Positions 37,064-47,483 of a stretch of 64,000 nt of DNA are shown here, piece by piece (position 1 is the stretch's first letter; each line of letters opens with the position of its first letter). The notes below the pieces were generated by a model that saw only the letters and a list, made by a program, of their open reading frames with translations, did no database searches and was not told where the DNA came from. The stretch is from the NCBI RefSeq assembly GCF_011045215.1, contig NZ_CP049201.1; one strand, written 5' to 3'. Made by a program: the position numbers and the translations under genes. This DNA comes from Escherichia coli (GTDB taxonomy: Bacteria > Pseudomonadota > Gammaproteobacteria > Enterobacterales > Enterobacteriaceae).

Positions 37064-37853
37064 ACTTAAAGAGCCGTTTGCCACGTTATGGCGCGGTAAA
37101 GATCCTTTTGAGGAAGTTAAAACCTTGCAGGGTGAGGTATTTCGTGAACTGGAAACTCGCCGTACTCTGCGCTTTGAAATGGCGGGCAAAAGCTATTTTC
37201 TCAAATGGCATCGCGGCACGACCCTGAAAGAGATAATCAAAAATTTACTCTCATTGCGGATGCCAGTATTAGGCGCAGACCGCGAATGGAATGCGATTCA
37301 TCGACTGCGGGATGTCGGCGTTGATACTATGTATGGGGTGGCATTTGGCGAAAAAGGCATGAATCCGCTGACCAGAACTTCATTTATTATTACCGAAGAT
37401 CTGACACCAACCATAAGTCTGGAAGATTACTGTGCTGACTGGGCGACTAACCCTCCAGATGTTCGCGTAAAGCGTATGCTTATTAAGCGTGTCGCGACGA
37501 TGGTGCGCGATATGCATGCTGCGGGCATTAACCACCGTGACTGTTATATCTGTCATTTCCTGCTGCACTTGCCTTTTTCCGGTAAGGAAGAGGAGTTAAA
37601 AATTTCGGTAATTGACCTGCACCGGGCGCAGCTTCGCACGCGCGTTCCACGTCGTTGGCGCGATAAAGATCTTATTGGGCTTTATTTTTCTTCGATGAAT
37701 ATCGGCCTGACTCAGCGGGATATCTGGCGGTTTATGAAAGTGTATTTTGCCGCCCCGCTTAAAGACATTCTCAAGCAGGAACAAGGACTGCTGTCGCAAG
37801 CAGAAGCAAAAGCCACAAAAATCAGGGAAAGAACGATTCGAAAATCGTTGTAA
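37056..37853 (+). CDS. waaP: LPS core heptose(I) kinase
   Basis: 265 aa from [14 protein letters not shown]; kinase-like region [17 protein letters not shown]. Confidence 0.85.
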   Translation: MVELKEPFATLWRGKDPFEEVKTLQGEVFRELETRRTLRFEMAGKSYFLKWHRGTTLKEIIKNLLSLRMPVLGADREWNAIHRLRDVGVDTMYGVAFGEKGMNPLTRTSFIITEDLTPTISLEDYCADWATNPPDVRVKRMLIKRVATMVRDMHAAGINHRDCYICHFLLHLPFSGKEEELKISVIDLHRAQLRTRVPRRWRDKDLIGLYFSSMNIGLTQRDIWRFMKVYFAAPLKDILKQEQGLLSQAEAKATKIRERTIRKSL

Positions 37854-37895
37854 CCCGTAACTTATTTTTGCCAAAATTTTGGATACAGAATAAAT

Positions 37896-38903
37896 ATGTC
37901 TCAACTCAATGATAGTGACATCATCCTTTTTGAGTATAATTTTCATTATCAAAATATAAGATCTAAAAATACTCTTGATATAGCATTTGGTATTGACAGA
38001 AATTTTCTTTTTGGATGTGGTGTAGCCATCGCATCTATTCTATTAAACAATAGAGAAATCTCTTGTGAATTTCATGTTTTCACAGATTATATCAGTGATA
38101 AAGACAAGTTATATTTTTCCGATTTAGCAAAACAATATAATTCAAGAATTAATATTTATGTTATCAATTGTGATAAGCTGAAGTCATTACCAAGCACGAA
38201 AAACTGGACTTACGCTACATATTTTCGATTTATAATTGCAGACTATTTCTATAATAAACATGAAAAAATACTATATCTTGATGCAGATATTGCTTGCAAG
38301 GGTAGTATTAAAGAACTCTTAGATTATCAATTCTCTACTAATGAAATTGCCGCAGTTGTAGCTGAAAGAGATGTTGAATGGTGGCAGAATCGAGCCTCGG
38401 TATTAACTACACCACAATTAGCTTCTGGATATTTCAATGCTGGTTTTTTACTGATAAATATTGATGAGTGGAATCTTAATAACATTTCGTCAAAAGCTAT
38501 TGAAATGTTGCGTGATCCAGATTGGGTAAGTAAAATCACCCACCTTGATCAAGATGTACTGAATGTATTATTGAATGGTAAAGTGAAGTTTATTTCTGGG
38601 AAATATAATACCCGATATAGTATTAACTATGAATTAAAAGACAAAGTTGATAATCCAGTCAATGATGACACTGTGTTTATACACTATGTGGGACCTACAA
38701 AACCCTGGCATGAATGGGCTGACTATCCGGTGTCACGTAGTTTTTTGATCGCCAAAGCATCTTCTCCGTGGTGTAAAGAAGATTTACTTAAACCTGTAAA
38801 TAGCAATCAGTATCGGTATTGTGCAAAACATAAATTTAAACAAAAGCATTATATGGCGGGCATTTTTAATTATTTAAAGTATTATAAAGAAAAATGCTTT
38901 TAA
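37896..38903 (+). CDS. waaI: GT8-family LPS outer-core glycosyltransferase (position matches waaI of the R3 core type)
   Basis: 335 aa; GT8 hallmarks (LYLDADI DxD motif, HYxGxxKPW). Symbol assigned from gene order only. AT-rich. Confidence 0.5.
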   Translation: MSQLNDSDIILFEYNFHYQNIRSKNTLDIAFGIDRNFLFGCGVAIASILLNNREISCEFHVFTDYISDKDKLYFSDLAKQYNSRINIYVINCDKLKSLPSTKNWTYATYFRFIIADYFYNKHEKILYLDADIACKGSIKELLDYQFSTNEIAAVVAERDVEWWQNRASVLTTPQLASGYFNAGFLLINIDEWNLNNISSKAIEMLRDPDWVSKITHLDQDVLNVLLNGKVKFISGKYNTRYSINYELKDKVDNPVNDDTVFIHYVGPTKPWHEWADYPVSRSFLIAKASSPWCKEDLLKPVNSNQYRYCAKHKFKQKHYMAGIFNYLKYYKEKCF

Positions 38904-38928
38904 AGATTTAAGGTTAAAATAATTCAAT

Positions 38929-39636
38929 ATGATATATAATAAAACGATAAATGGGTTGAAAGTTTTCATAAAAGATAATGATCCCTTTTATGAGCAAGTT
39001 CTGAATGACTTTTTAACTTGCAGGGTTAAAACATTAAAAGTTTTTCGTTCTATTGATGATACTAAAGTTATTCTTATTGACACTGCTCGTGGACCTCTTG
39101 TACTTAAAGTTTATGCGCCAAAGCATAAAATGATCGAACGTTTCTTAAAATCTTGCATAAAAAAAGATTATTATGAAAATTTAATTTATCAAACCGATCG
39201 GGTACGTGGTGAAGGCATTCAATCAATTAATGACTATTTTTTGCTTGCTGAACGTAAAACATTAAATTTCGCGCATTATTATATTATGCTCATTGAGTAT
39301 ATTGAAGGTGTCGGGTTAAATGAGTATTTGGAAATTTCTGAAGAACTGAAGGATCAATTATCAGAATCGATAAAAGAGTTGCATCAGCATGGAATGGTGT
39401 CTGGCGATCCTCATAAAGGAAATTTTATAGTATCCGAAAAAGGTTTAAGACTAATTGACCTTTCAGGTAAAAAAACAACCGCAGTTTTAAAAGCAAAAGA
39501 TCGCATTGATCTTGAACGGCACTATAATATAAAAAATGAATTGAAAGACTTTGGCTATACATATCTTATATTCAAAAAGAAAATTAAAAAAGCAATCAGG
39601 GATGTAAAAGTCAAACTAGGTTTGAAGAGCAAATAA
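38929..39636 (+). CDS. waaY: LPS core heptose(II) kinase
   Basis: 235 aa, WaaP/WaaY-like small kinase, placed between the two GT8 genes. AT-rich. Confidence 0.6.
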   Translation: MIYNKTINGLKVFIKDNDPFYEQVLNDFLTCRVKTLKVFRSIDDTKVILIDTARGPLVLKVYAPKHKMIERFLKSCIKKDYYENLIYQTDRVRGEGIQSINDYFLLAERKTLNFAHYYIMLIEYIEGVGLNEYLEISEELKDQLSESIKELHQHGMVSGDPHKGNFIVSEKGLRLIDLSGKKTTAVLKAKDRIDLERHYNIKNELKDFGYTYLIFKKKIKKAIRDVKVKLGLKSK

Positions 39637-39660
39637 TGATTATGATGAAGGGTAATTAAA

Positions 39661-40674
39661 TTGGATTTTAAACATCTTACTCAATTTAAAGATATAATTG
39701 AACTGGACAAGCGCCCCGTTAAACTTGATGAACGGGAAACGTTTAATGTCTCATGGGGTATTGATGAGAACTACCAGGTTGGGGCTGCGATTTCAATTGC
39801 TTCAATTCTTGAAAATAATAAACAAAACAAATTTACCTTTCACATAATCGCTGATTACTTAGACAAAGATTATATTGAATTATTATCACAATTAGCAACG
39901 AAGTATCAAACAGTAATTAAATTATATCATATTGATTCTGAGCCATTGAAGACGCTACCTCAATCAAATATCTGGCCAGTATCTATTTATTATCGTTTGC
40001 TTTCATTTGACTATTTTTCTGCGCGATTGGATTCATTATTATATCTTGATGCTGATATCGTCTGTAAGGGTTCATTGAACGAGTTAATAGCATTAGAGTT
40101 TAAAGATGAATATGGGGCTGTGGTAATTGATGTAGATGCTATGCAAAGTAAAAGCGCTGAGCGTTTAGGTAATGAGGATTTTAACGGTAGCTATTTTAAC
40201 TCTGGTGTAATGTATATTAATTTACGGGAATGGTTAAAACAAAGACTAACGGAGAAATTCTTTGATCTATTATCAGATGAGTCAATTATCAAAAAATTAA
40301 AATATCCGGATCAAGATATTTTAAACTTAATGTTTCTACATCATGCTAAAATATTACCGAGAAAATATAACTGTATTTATACTATAAAGTCAGAATTTGA
40401 AGAAAAAAATAGTGAATATTACACCCGGTTTATTAATGATGAAACTGTCTTCATACATTATACTGGTGTAACTAAGCCATGGCATGATTGGGCGAACTAC
40501 GCATCTGCAGATTATTTTCGTAATATTTATAATATATCACCATGGAGAAATATACCTTATAAAAAAGCTGTTAAAAAACATGAGTACAAAGAAAAATATA
40601 AACACTTGCTTTACCAGAAAAAATTTCTCGATGGTTTTTTTACAGCAATTAAATATAATTTTATGAAAGGTTAA
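39661..40674 (+). CDS. waaJ: GT8-family LPS outer-core glycosyltransferase (position matches waaJ of the R3 type)
   Basis: 337 aa; GT8 hallmarks (LYLDADI, HYTGVTKPW). Appears to use a TTG start at 39661 because in-frame stops lie immediately upstream. Symbol from gene order only. Confidence 0.5.
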   Translation: MDFKHLTQFKDIIELDKRPVKLDERETFNVSWGIDENYQVGAAISIASILENNKQNKFTFHIIADYLDKDYIELLSQLATKYQTVIKLYHIDSEPLKTLPQSNIWPVSIYYRLLSFDYFSARLDSLLYLDADIVCKGSLNELIALEFKDEYGAVVIDVDAMQSKSAERLGNEDFNGSYFNSGVMYINLREWLKQRLTEKFFDLLSDESIIKKLKYPDQDILNLMFLHHAKILPRKYNCIYTIKSEFEEKNSEYYTRFINDETVFIHYTGVTKPWHDWANYASADYFRNIYNISPWRNIPYKKAVKKHEYKEKYKHLLYQKKFLDGFFTAIKYNFMKG

Positions 40675-40682
40675 CATTCGAG

Positions 40683-41825
40683 ATGGTTGATAAAATAATA
40701 TTTACAGTTACTCCTATTTTTTCAATTCCTCCTCGCGGAGCGGCCGCTGTTGAAACGTGGATGTATCAGGTCGCTCAGCGTACCAATTTCCCAAATCGTA
40801 TTGTTTGTATCAAGAATCCAGGATACTCAAATTACACCTTTGTTAATGATAATTGTAGTATTCATAGGGTTGGATTCAGTCGCATATATAAGCGGTTATT
40901 TCAAAAATGGACAAGACTTGATCCTCTTCCATATTCACAGAGAATATTGAATATTGCACATGATTTTCCTATAACGAAAGAAAGTGTTATTGTAGTTCAT
41001 AATAGTATGAAGCTATACACTCAAATTCGTAAGCGAGCTCCTCAGGCAAGAGTGGTTATACATATGCATAATGCATTTGAACCAAAATTGCTTGAGCAAA
41101 ATGTTAAAATGATAGTGCCTAGTTTATACTTGAAAAAGTATTACCAATCTTATTTAGCAAATGCAGATATTGAGATTGTACCAAATGGAATTGATTTAGA
41201 AACCTATCAATCTACTTTTCAGCCGATCACTAGAAGCGAACTTAATATCTCCCCTGAAGAGAAAATTATTTTTTATGCTGGGCGTATCGTCCCTGACAAA
41301 GGCATATTGCTGTTGATGCAATCATTCGAAAAATTGGCCGCTGCTCACAAAAATTTAAAATTAGTTGTGATTGGTGATTATACAGAAATGAGTAAAAGTG
41401 ACAAAGGTGCATATCAACGCAATGTCAGGGAAATTGCAAAACGTTTGAAGGATCGTTGCATTATGTTAGGAAGCATACCGCCTGAAAAGATGCATTGTTA
41501 TTACCCACTGGCAGATTTAGTCGTCATTCCTTCCCAGTTCCAGGAACCATTTTGCATGGTGGCAATTGAAGCTATGGGGGCTGGTAAGCCTGTTTTAGTG
41601 AGTACGCGTGGGGGGATGACGGAATTTGTCAAAGAAAATACTACGGGATTCCATTTAAAAGAACCTATGACTGCAGACTCCATAAGCAGCGATATTTTAA
41701 AAACGTTAGCGAATCCTGAATTAACAGCAGTTGCAAAGCAAGGTCAGGATTTTGTGTTTGATCACTACAGTTGGGATGGCGTAACTCAAAGATTCGAAGA
41801 GGTTATTCATAATTGGTTTGAATAA
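40683..41825 (+). CDS. waaD: GT4-family glycosyltransferase, last gene of the waaQ operon (position matches waaD of the R3 type)
   Basis: 380 aa; GT4 EX7E-type region (IPSQFQEPFCMVAIEAMGAGKPVLVSTRGGMTEFV). Followed by a hairpin with T-run (aaaaaggccgcattatgcagccttttttatttttt). Confidence 0.45.
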   Translation: MVDKIIFTVTPIFSIPPRGAAAVETWMYQVAQRTNFPNRIVCIKNPGYSNYTFVNDNCSIHRVGFSRIYKRLFQKWTRLDPLPYSQRILNIAHDFPITKESVIVVHNSMKLYTQIRKRAPQARVVIHMHNAFEPKLLEQNVKMIVPSLYLKKYYQSYLANADIEIVPNGIDLETYQSTFQPITRSELNISPEEKIIFYAGRIVPDKGILLLMQSFEKLAAAHKNLKLVVIGDYTEMSKSDKGAYQRNVREIAKRLKDRCIMLGSIPPEKMHCYYPLADLVVIPSQFQEPFCMVAIEAMGAGKPVLVSTRGGMTEFVKENTTGFHLKEPMTADSISSDILKTLANPELTAVAKQGQDFVFDHYSWDGVTQRFEEVIHNWFE

Positions 41826-41860
41826 ATAAAAAGGCCGCATTATGCAGCCTTTTTTATTTT

Positions 41861-43069
41861 TTACTTGTTTTTCATCGCTAATAATAAGCCGGCGTAAACG
41901 CCTAATAAATTTGGTTCAATTTGTTCTACGTTTCCACGGATAACAAAATAACCTATAAAAGATAGTAAGATTATATAATATGCATTATATGGTGAGCGGT
42001 ATATATTCTGGACGCCATTTTTTATACACTCTTTCAATATTGCACAGTATAGCATCATAAGACTTACCAGCCCTAATAAACCAGTGCCAAACCAGATGAA
42101 TAGCGCAAAATTATGTGGCCCTATTGATTGTCTAAAGGTCCATTCTGGATAATCAACGACACGTTTATTATAGACATCTTTATATGCAAAGTTACCGTAA
42201 CCATAACCAATAACAGGATTTTCTAATATTAGATCGAGTGCGCTGCCTTGAGTACCATTTGCATAGCGATAAGAACTATTAGTTTGTTGAAGTTTATACG
42301 TTAGCTTTGCGGTCATCTCCTTATGTGTGAAAATAACCGACAATGCAATGATGGAAACCATTACTCCTACTAATAGTAACTTCCATTGTTTAAACATCAG
42401 AATCCATATTAATCCAATGACTAACACGGAAAGCCAGGCCCCTCTGGATAAAGTTCCTAATATCAGAAAAATAAAAATAAAGCTTAGAACCACAAAAGAA
42501 ATGCGGTATTTTGCTGATTTAATAAGCCAGAGATTTAACAATGCAGGGAATAAAAAGACCATCGAGTCAGAAATGCTACGGTGTCTATAATCTGCGAATG
42601 GCATTATCCCTTGTTGATAGTCCTTATAATAGGCAATCAATTCAGAAAAACAGCGTAAGCTCAACGCACTAATAAATGAGAAGAAAACGATTTTTTCGAT
42701 ATCTTCTCTTTTTTCGTCTCTCAATATGACCGGTATTGCTATTGTGCATAGTAAAGTATTCTCAATGATAGCTTTGAAAATTTCCTTCATGCTAGCACCT
42801 GCATCTGGAGATTGAAGAAGTGACAGCAATGCAGCAATAGTTAATATGGCAACACTACCAAAAAGAAATGTTTTAAATAGTGATAGATAGTGTTTTGGCC
42901 GTTTGCAGAGATAGACGATTGTCGTTATTGTCATAAGAATAACAATAAGATGTTTATACCTTGTAATCCCACCCAAAAAATAGGTGGTAATAAATAAGAA
43001 TACGAGAGCTCTGTTCCAGTACGCTATCCAGTTTTTTTTCTCGAGAGAGAAAAATAATGTTGAGGTCAT
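41861..43069 (-). CDS. waaL: O-antigen ligase
   Basis: 402 aa, very hydrophobic polytopic protein; position immediately downstream of waaC in the hldD-waaF-waaC-waaL operon. AT-rich. Confidence 0.7.
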   Translation of the reverse strand: MTSTLFFSLEKKNWIAYWNRALVFLFITTYFLGGITRYKHLIVILMTITTIVYLCKRPKHYLSLFKTFLFGSVAILTIAALLSLLQSPDAGASMKEIFKAIIENTLLCTIAIPVILRDEKREDIEKIVFFSFISALSLRCFSELIAYYKDYQQGIMPFADYRHRSISDSMVFLFPALLNLWLIKSAKYRISFVVLSFIFIFLILGTLSRGAWLSVLVIGLIWILMFKQWKLLLVGVMVSIIALSVIFTHKEMTAKLTYKLQQTNSSYRYANGTQGSALDLILENPVIGYGYGNFAYKDVYNKRVVDYPEWTFRQSIGPHNFALFIWFGTGLLGLVSLMMLYCAILKECIKNGVQNIYRSPYNAYYIILLSFIGYFVIRGNVEQIEPNLLGVYAGLLLAMKNK

Positions 43070-44058
43070 CTTATCTCCGATGTCAACTTATTGATTATTA
43101 TTTCAAGATTTAAATTTTGAAAAACGGTTTGAGCTGGCAAATCTGCAAGAGACATACTTGTAGAACGACACTCTACTTGATTCTTCCCATACCCGCCAAT
43201 TAATCCCGGATCGGTTGGTCCATAAACCGTGATATTGGGTCTATCCAGTGCCGCCGTTAAATGGCTTAACCCCGTATCCACCGACACTACAAATTTAGCC
43301 CCGGCCAGCACGCGGGCAACGCCTTCCAGACTCATCTTCGGTAATACTTCAACATAAGCAAATCCTTCCGCCAGTCGTTTCGCCCGTTCTTCCTCATGCG
43401 GCGCGCCCCACGGAAGTTTAATCCGTATTCCTGAATCAGCCAGTAAACCAATCAATTCTCGCCAGTGTTCTTCCGGCCAGTGTTTATCATCACGGGTCGT
43501 CGCATGAAGAAATACGGCATATTCGCCAGCATCTGTAGGCAGATTCGTCAGGAAATGCTGTGCAATAGCATAATCGCCCTGGGTTTGCGGTTTGCTATAG
43601 CCCAGACTTTTGGCAAACAGTTCGCGGGTGCGTTCTACGGCGTGCTGCTGTTTTGCAATATGATGCTTACGATTGTAAAACAGACTGGCTAAAGGTTCGC
43701 GAGCGGTTTTCCAGTCCATGCCATGCTTTACGCCATGCGCCAGACGCGTCACCAGCGCCGCGCTTTTTACCAGCCCCTGAGCGTCGATAACTGCGTCATA
43801 GTTCTCTGCTTGTAGCGCTTCACGAAACGCTTTGCGTTCCGCTTTTATGGGGGCCGAGAACCAGGCTTTACGCCAGCGACGTATTGCCACAGGAATAACT
43901 CGCTCAACGGCAGCGTGCCAGGAAGGAATCTGTGCGAACCCTTCTTCCACCACCCAGTCAAACTTAATCCCTGGGATTGCCTGCTGGGCATCAGTGAGTG
44001 CGGGCAACGTATGGAGAACATCGCCCATCGACGATGTTTTAACGATCAAAACCCGCAT
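43066..44058 (-). CDS. waaC: LPS heptosyltransferase I
   Basis: 330 aa from MRVLIVKTSSMGDVLHTLPALTDAQQAIPGIKFDWVVEEGFAQIP. Confidence 0.9.
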   Translation of the reverse strand: MRVLIVKTSSMGDVLHTLPALTDAQQAIPGIKFDWVVEEGFAQIPSWHAAVERVIPVAIRRWRKAWFSAPIKAERKAFREALQAENYDAVIDAQGLVKSAALVTRLAHGVKHGMDWKTAREPLASLFYNRKHHIAKQQHAVERTRELFAKSLGYSKPQTQGDYAIAQHFLTNLPTDAGEYAVFLHATTRDDKHWPEEHWRELIGLLADSGIRIKLPWGAPHEEERAKRLAEGFAYVEVLPKMSLEGVARVLAGAKFVVSVDTGLSHLTAALDRPNITVYGPTDPGLIGGYGKNQVECRSTSMSLADLPAQTVFQNLNLEIIINKLTSEIR

Positions 44059-44061
44059 CCG

Positions 44062-45108
44062 TCAGGCTTCCTCTTGTAACAATAGCGCGTTGAGTTCTTC
44101 CAGTACGCGCTGGGGAGTAATGTCGATTAAGCTCTGGTGATAACCCTCCGCAGCGTCACCTTTACGCACTTTGTGATAGCCGGTAATCAAACGGATCACG
44201 CGCGCTTTATGGGATAGCGGCGGTGTGAAGTCCGGGCTACTCGGACCATACAGGGCAACCAGCGGACGATTGAGCGCCGCCGCAACATGCATCAGGCCAG
44301 AATCGTTAGTGACAATGGCTTTACAGGCTGCAATCAGGATAACCGCTTGATCAAGCTGTGTTTCCCCCGCCAGGTTCCGACACCATGCCTGCTGCTCGGT
44401 ATTCAAAGCGGCAAGAATCTCATTGCCCGCTTCATGATCTTTCGCCGAGCCAAACAGAACCACCTGATAACCTTCATCAATCAGCTGCTTTGCCAGCTCC
44501 GCATAGTGGTAGTGTGGCCAGCGTTTTGCCGGACCAAACTCCGCACCCGGGCAAAAACCAATCATCGGACGTTCTGATGAAAGCGAAAATTGATTACAGG
44601 TATATGATTTTTCACCTTCGCTCACCTGCAACTGCGGCCATAACAATGGCTGCGGCAGATCTTGTGCTGTGCGCATAATGCCTTTGTCATAGGCCAGCGC
44701 TATATAGCGTTCCACCATTAGCGGCCAGGCTTCTTTATCGAGCACGCGTACATCGTTGAGTAAACCGTAGCGCATCTCGCCGCGCCAGCCGGTGCGATGA
44801 GGAATACCCGCGAAGAAAGGCACTAATGCAGATTTGAAGGAGTTGGGTAAGACGTAGGCGCGGTCGTAGCGCTTTTCACGCAGGCTATGACCCAGTTTGC
44901 GGCGTTCGCCGATTTCCAGCGCTCCGTGACCGAGAGGCATAGGAATAGCTTCGTTAACTTCCGGCATCCGCGATAATAATGGACGGCACCATGCCGGTGC
45001 CATCACATCGATTATCGCCTGGGGATAGCGCGCCTGGAGCGTGCGATAGAGACTTTGCGACATCATCATGTCGCCAACCCAAGACGGGCCGATCACCAGT
45101 ATTTTCAT
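44062..45108 (-). CDS. waaF: LPS heptosyltransferase II
   Basis: 348 aa from MKILVIGPSWVGDMMMSQSLYRTLQARYPQAIIDVMAPAWCRPLLSRMPEV. Confidence 0.95.
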   Translation of the reverse strand: MKILVIGPSWVGDMMMSQSLYRTLQARYPQAIIDVMAPAWCRPLLSRMPEVNEAIPMPLGHGALEIGERRKLGHSLREKRYDRAYVLPNSFKSALVPFFAGIPHRTGWRGEMRYGLLNDVRVLDKEAWPLMVERYIALAYDKGIMRTAQDLPQPLLWPQLQVSEGEKSYTCNQFSLSSERPMIGFCPGAEFGPAKRWPHYHYAELAKQLIDEGYQVVLFGSAKDHEAGNEILAALNTEQQAWCRNLAGETQLDQAVILIAACKAIVTNDSGLMHVAAALNRPLVALYGPSSPDFTPPLSHKARVIRLITGYHKVRKGDAAEGYHQSLIDITPQRVLEELNALLLQEEA

Positions 45109-45117
45109 GCAGAGCTC

Positions 45118-46050
45118 TTATGCGTCGCGATTCAGCCAGGCCATGTATTCCGTTACACCTTCAGCAACGGTTTTGAACGGTTTGTCGTAACCCGCCGCGC
45201 GCAGATTTGTCAGATCTGCCTGAGTGAACGCCTGGTAGCGGCCTTTCAGCTTATCCGGGAACGGAATGTATTCGATCTGGCCTTTCTTGTGATAAGCCAG
45301 CGTAGCATCAGCTACAGCCTGGAAGGATTCCGCACGACCGGTGCCGAGGTTGAAGATGCCGGAAACGCCATTTTCCAGGAACCACAGGTTTACATCTGCC
45401 ACGTCGCCCACATAGACGAAGTCACGTTTGAAGTTCTCGCTACCTTCGAACAGTTTTGGCGATTCACCGTTGTTAAGCTGGGTGTTGAGATGGAAAGCGA
45501 CGCTCGCCATGCTGCCTTTATGGCCTTCACGCGGTCCATAAACGTTGAAATAACGGAAGCCAACAATCTGCGAGTTCGCTTCAGGCAGGATTTGACGAAC
45601 ATATTCATCAAACAGGAATTTTGAGTAACCGTAGACGTTCAACGGTTTTTCGTACTCGCGGGATTCAATAAAGTCGGAGGTGCGTCCGCCGTAAGTGGCC
45701 GCGGAAGATGCATACAGGAACGGGATTTCGCGCTCCATACAGTAGTGCAGCAGCTCTTTGGAATATTGATAGTTGTTATCCATCATATACTTGCCATCCC
45801 ACTCGGTGGTGGAAGAGCATGCGCCTTCGTGGAAAATCGCTTCGACATCGCCGAACTCTTCGCCAGCCATAATCTGGATCAGGAAGTCTTCCTTATCCAT
45901 ATAGTCCGCGATATCCAGATCCACCAGGTTCACAAACTTGGTGCCGTCTTTCAGGTTGTCCACCACCAGAATATCGGTGATGCCTTTATCATTCAGGGCC
46001 TTAACGATGTTGCTGCCGATAAAGCCCGCGCCGCCGGTAACGATGATCAT
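45118..46050 (-). CDS. hldD: ADP-L-glycero-D-manno-heptose-6-epimerase
   Basis: 310 aa from [33 protein letters not shown] (Rossmann GxGxxG). Confidence 0.95.
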   Translation of the reverse strand: MIIVTGGAGFIGSNIVKALNDKGITDILVVDNLKDGTKFVNLVDLDIADYMDKEDFLIQIMAGEEFGDVEAIFHEGACSSTTEWDGKYMMDNNYQYSKELLHYCMEREIPFLYASSAATYGGRTSDFIESREYEKPLNVYGYSKFLFDEYVRQILPEANSQIVGFRYFNVYGPREGHKGSMASVAFHLNTQLNNGESPKLFEGSENFKRDFVYVGDVADVNLWFLENGVSGIFNLGTGRAESFQAVADATLAYHKKGQIEYIPFPDKLKGRYQAFTQADLTNLRAAGYDKPFKTVAEGVTEYMAWLNRDA

Positions 46051-46351
46051 AACTGTAACCTTCGAATTATGGAGTCAGAGACAATCTCAGACATGAATGT
46101 CTGTAATCATACCATCACATCCGAATCCCTTCAGCCCTTTACATAGAGATGCAAGAATGCTAATTGCAACAAACTAGTTTGGGTTTTAGCTAGTCCTTCA
46201 TGGCGGATGTTGGTTTTGCACGTGAATAGTGCTTTAGTATCAATATTCCGATGTATGGTAAATAACGGAAGCATTTGAATGGATAATATACAGTATACAT
46301 TCTGTTAATATTTATGATATAATTCTTTTTATATTAATGGTCTTATTAGTA

Positions 46352-47209
46352 ATGAAATCATCCACCACAATTATCACTGCATATTTTGACATTGGTAGAG
46401 GGGATTGGACTGCTAATAAAGGGTTCCGTGAAAAACTAGCTCGTTCAGTTGATGTTTATTTTAGTTACTTTGAGCGTCTGGCCGTACTTGAAAATGAGAT
46501 GATTATTTTCACTTCTCCCGATTTGAAACCAAGGGTTGAAGCGATTCGCAACGGAAAACCAACAACGGTTATCGCTATCGATATAAAAAAGAAATTTAGA
46601 CATATCAGAAGTCGTATCGAAAAAATTCAAAAAGATGAGTCGTTTACAAATAGACTTGAGCCTCGACAATTAAAAAACCCAGAGTACTGGTCACCAGAGT
46701 ATGTTTTGGTATGTAACCTTAAGGCCTATTTTGTAAATAAAGCTATCAACATGGGCTTAGTGAAAACGCCTCTTGTTGCGTGGATAGATTTTGGCTATTG
46801 CCGTAAGCCAAATGTGACTCGAGGATTGAAAATTTGGGATTTCCCATTTGATGAAAATAAGATGCATCTTTTCACTATAAAAAAAGGGCTTACTGTTACA
46901 TCTCAACAACAGGCTTTTGATTTCATGATTGGCAATCATGTATATATTATTGGGGGCGCAATTGTTGGTTCACAGCATAAATGGAAAGAATTCTATAAAT
47001 TAGTTCTGGAAAGTCAAAAAATAACACTAAACAATAACATTGTGGACGATGACCAGGGCATTTTTGTCATGTGCTATTACAAACGTTCCGATCTCTTCAA
47101 CCTAAACTATCTGGGGAGAGGAAAATGGTTCGATTTGTTTCGCTGCTTCAGGAGTAACACTTTAGGGGCAAAAATGCAGGCGCTGAGAATTTTCCTTTCA
47201 AGAAAATAG
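46352..47209 (+). CDS. htrL: HtrL/YibB-family protein
   Basis: 285 aa from MKSSTTIITAYFDIGRGDWTANKGFREKLARSVDVYFSYFERL; AT-rich; synteny. Confidence 0.8.
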   Translation: MKSSTTIITAYFDIGRGDWTANKGFREKLARSVDVYFSYFERLAVLENEMIIFTSPDLKPRVEAIRNGKPTTVIAIDIKKKFRHIRSRIEKIQKDESFTNRLEPRQLKNPEYWSPEYVLVCNLKAYFVNKAINMGLVKTPLVAWIDFGYCRKPNVTRGLKIWDFPFDENKMHLFTIKKGLTVTSQQQAFDFMIGNHVYIIGGAIVGSQHKWKEFYKLVLESQKITLNNNIVDDDQGIFVMCYYKRSDLFNLNYLGRGKWFDLFRCFRSNTLGAKMQALRIFLSRK

Positions 47210-47483
47210 GTTTCCCGCCATTAGTGGGTAGCGTTTTGATGCCAACTGAGATAGGAAAAATGATGTTTTGGCATCATTTTTTCTTTTTATATCAATGCAG
47301 TAAAATCACTCATCATTATGCTCAGCCAAAACTGTACAGTTTTTCTACTATCTGTAGGTGTTGAGAGACATCAAGATACACGTTATTTATCCTGAATTTT
47401 GCAGAAGTGTTAACGCGTCATCTCGTCGCGACCTATAAGTTTGGGTAATATGTGCTGGAATTTGCCCTGTCTGGAGAATCGCA

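Noticed and set aside
39642-39660. Alternative ATG start for waaJ just upstream of the TTG
   Set aside because: The ATG codons at 39642 and 39645 are in a different frame from the waaJ ORF and terminate after a few codons; in-frame stops at 39643-39648 exclude an upstream extension, so the TTG at 39661 is retained with reduced confidence.
45055-45624. 189-aa plus-strand ORF
   Set aside because: Antisense to hldD and the waaF 5' end; spurious.
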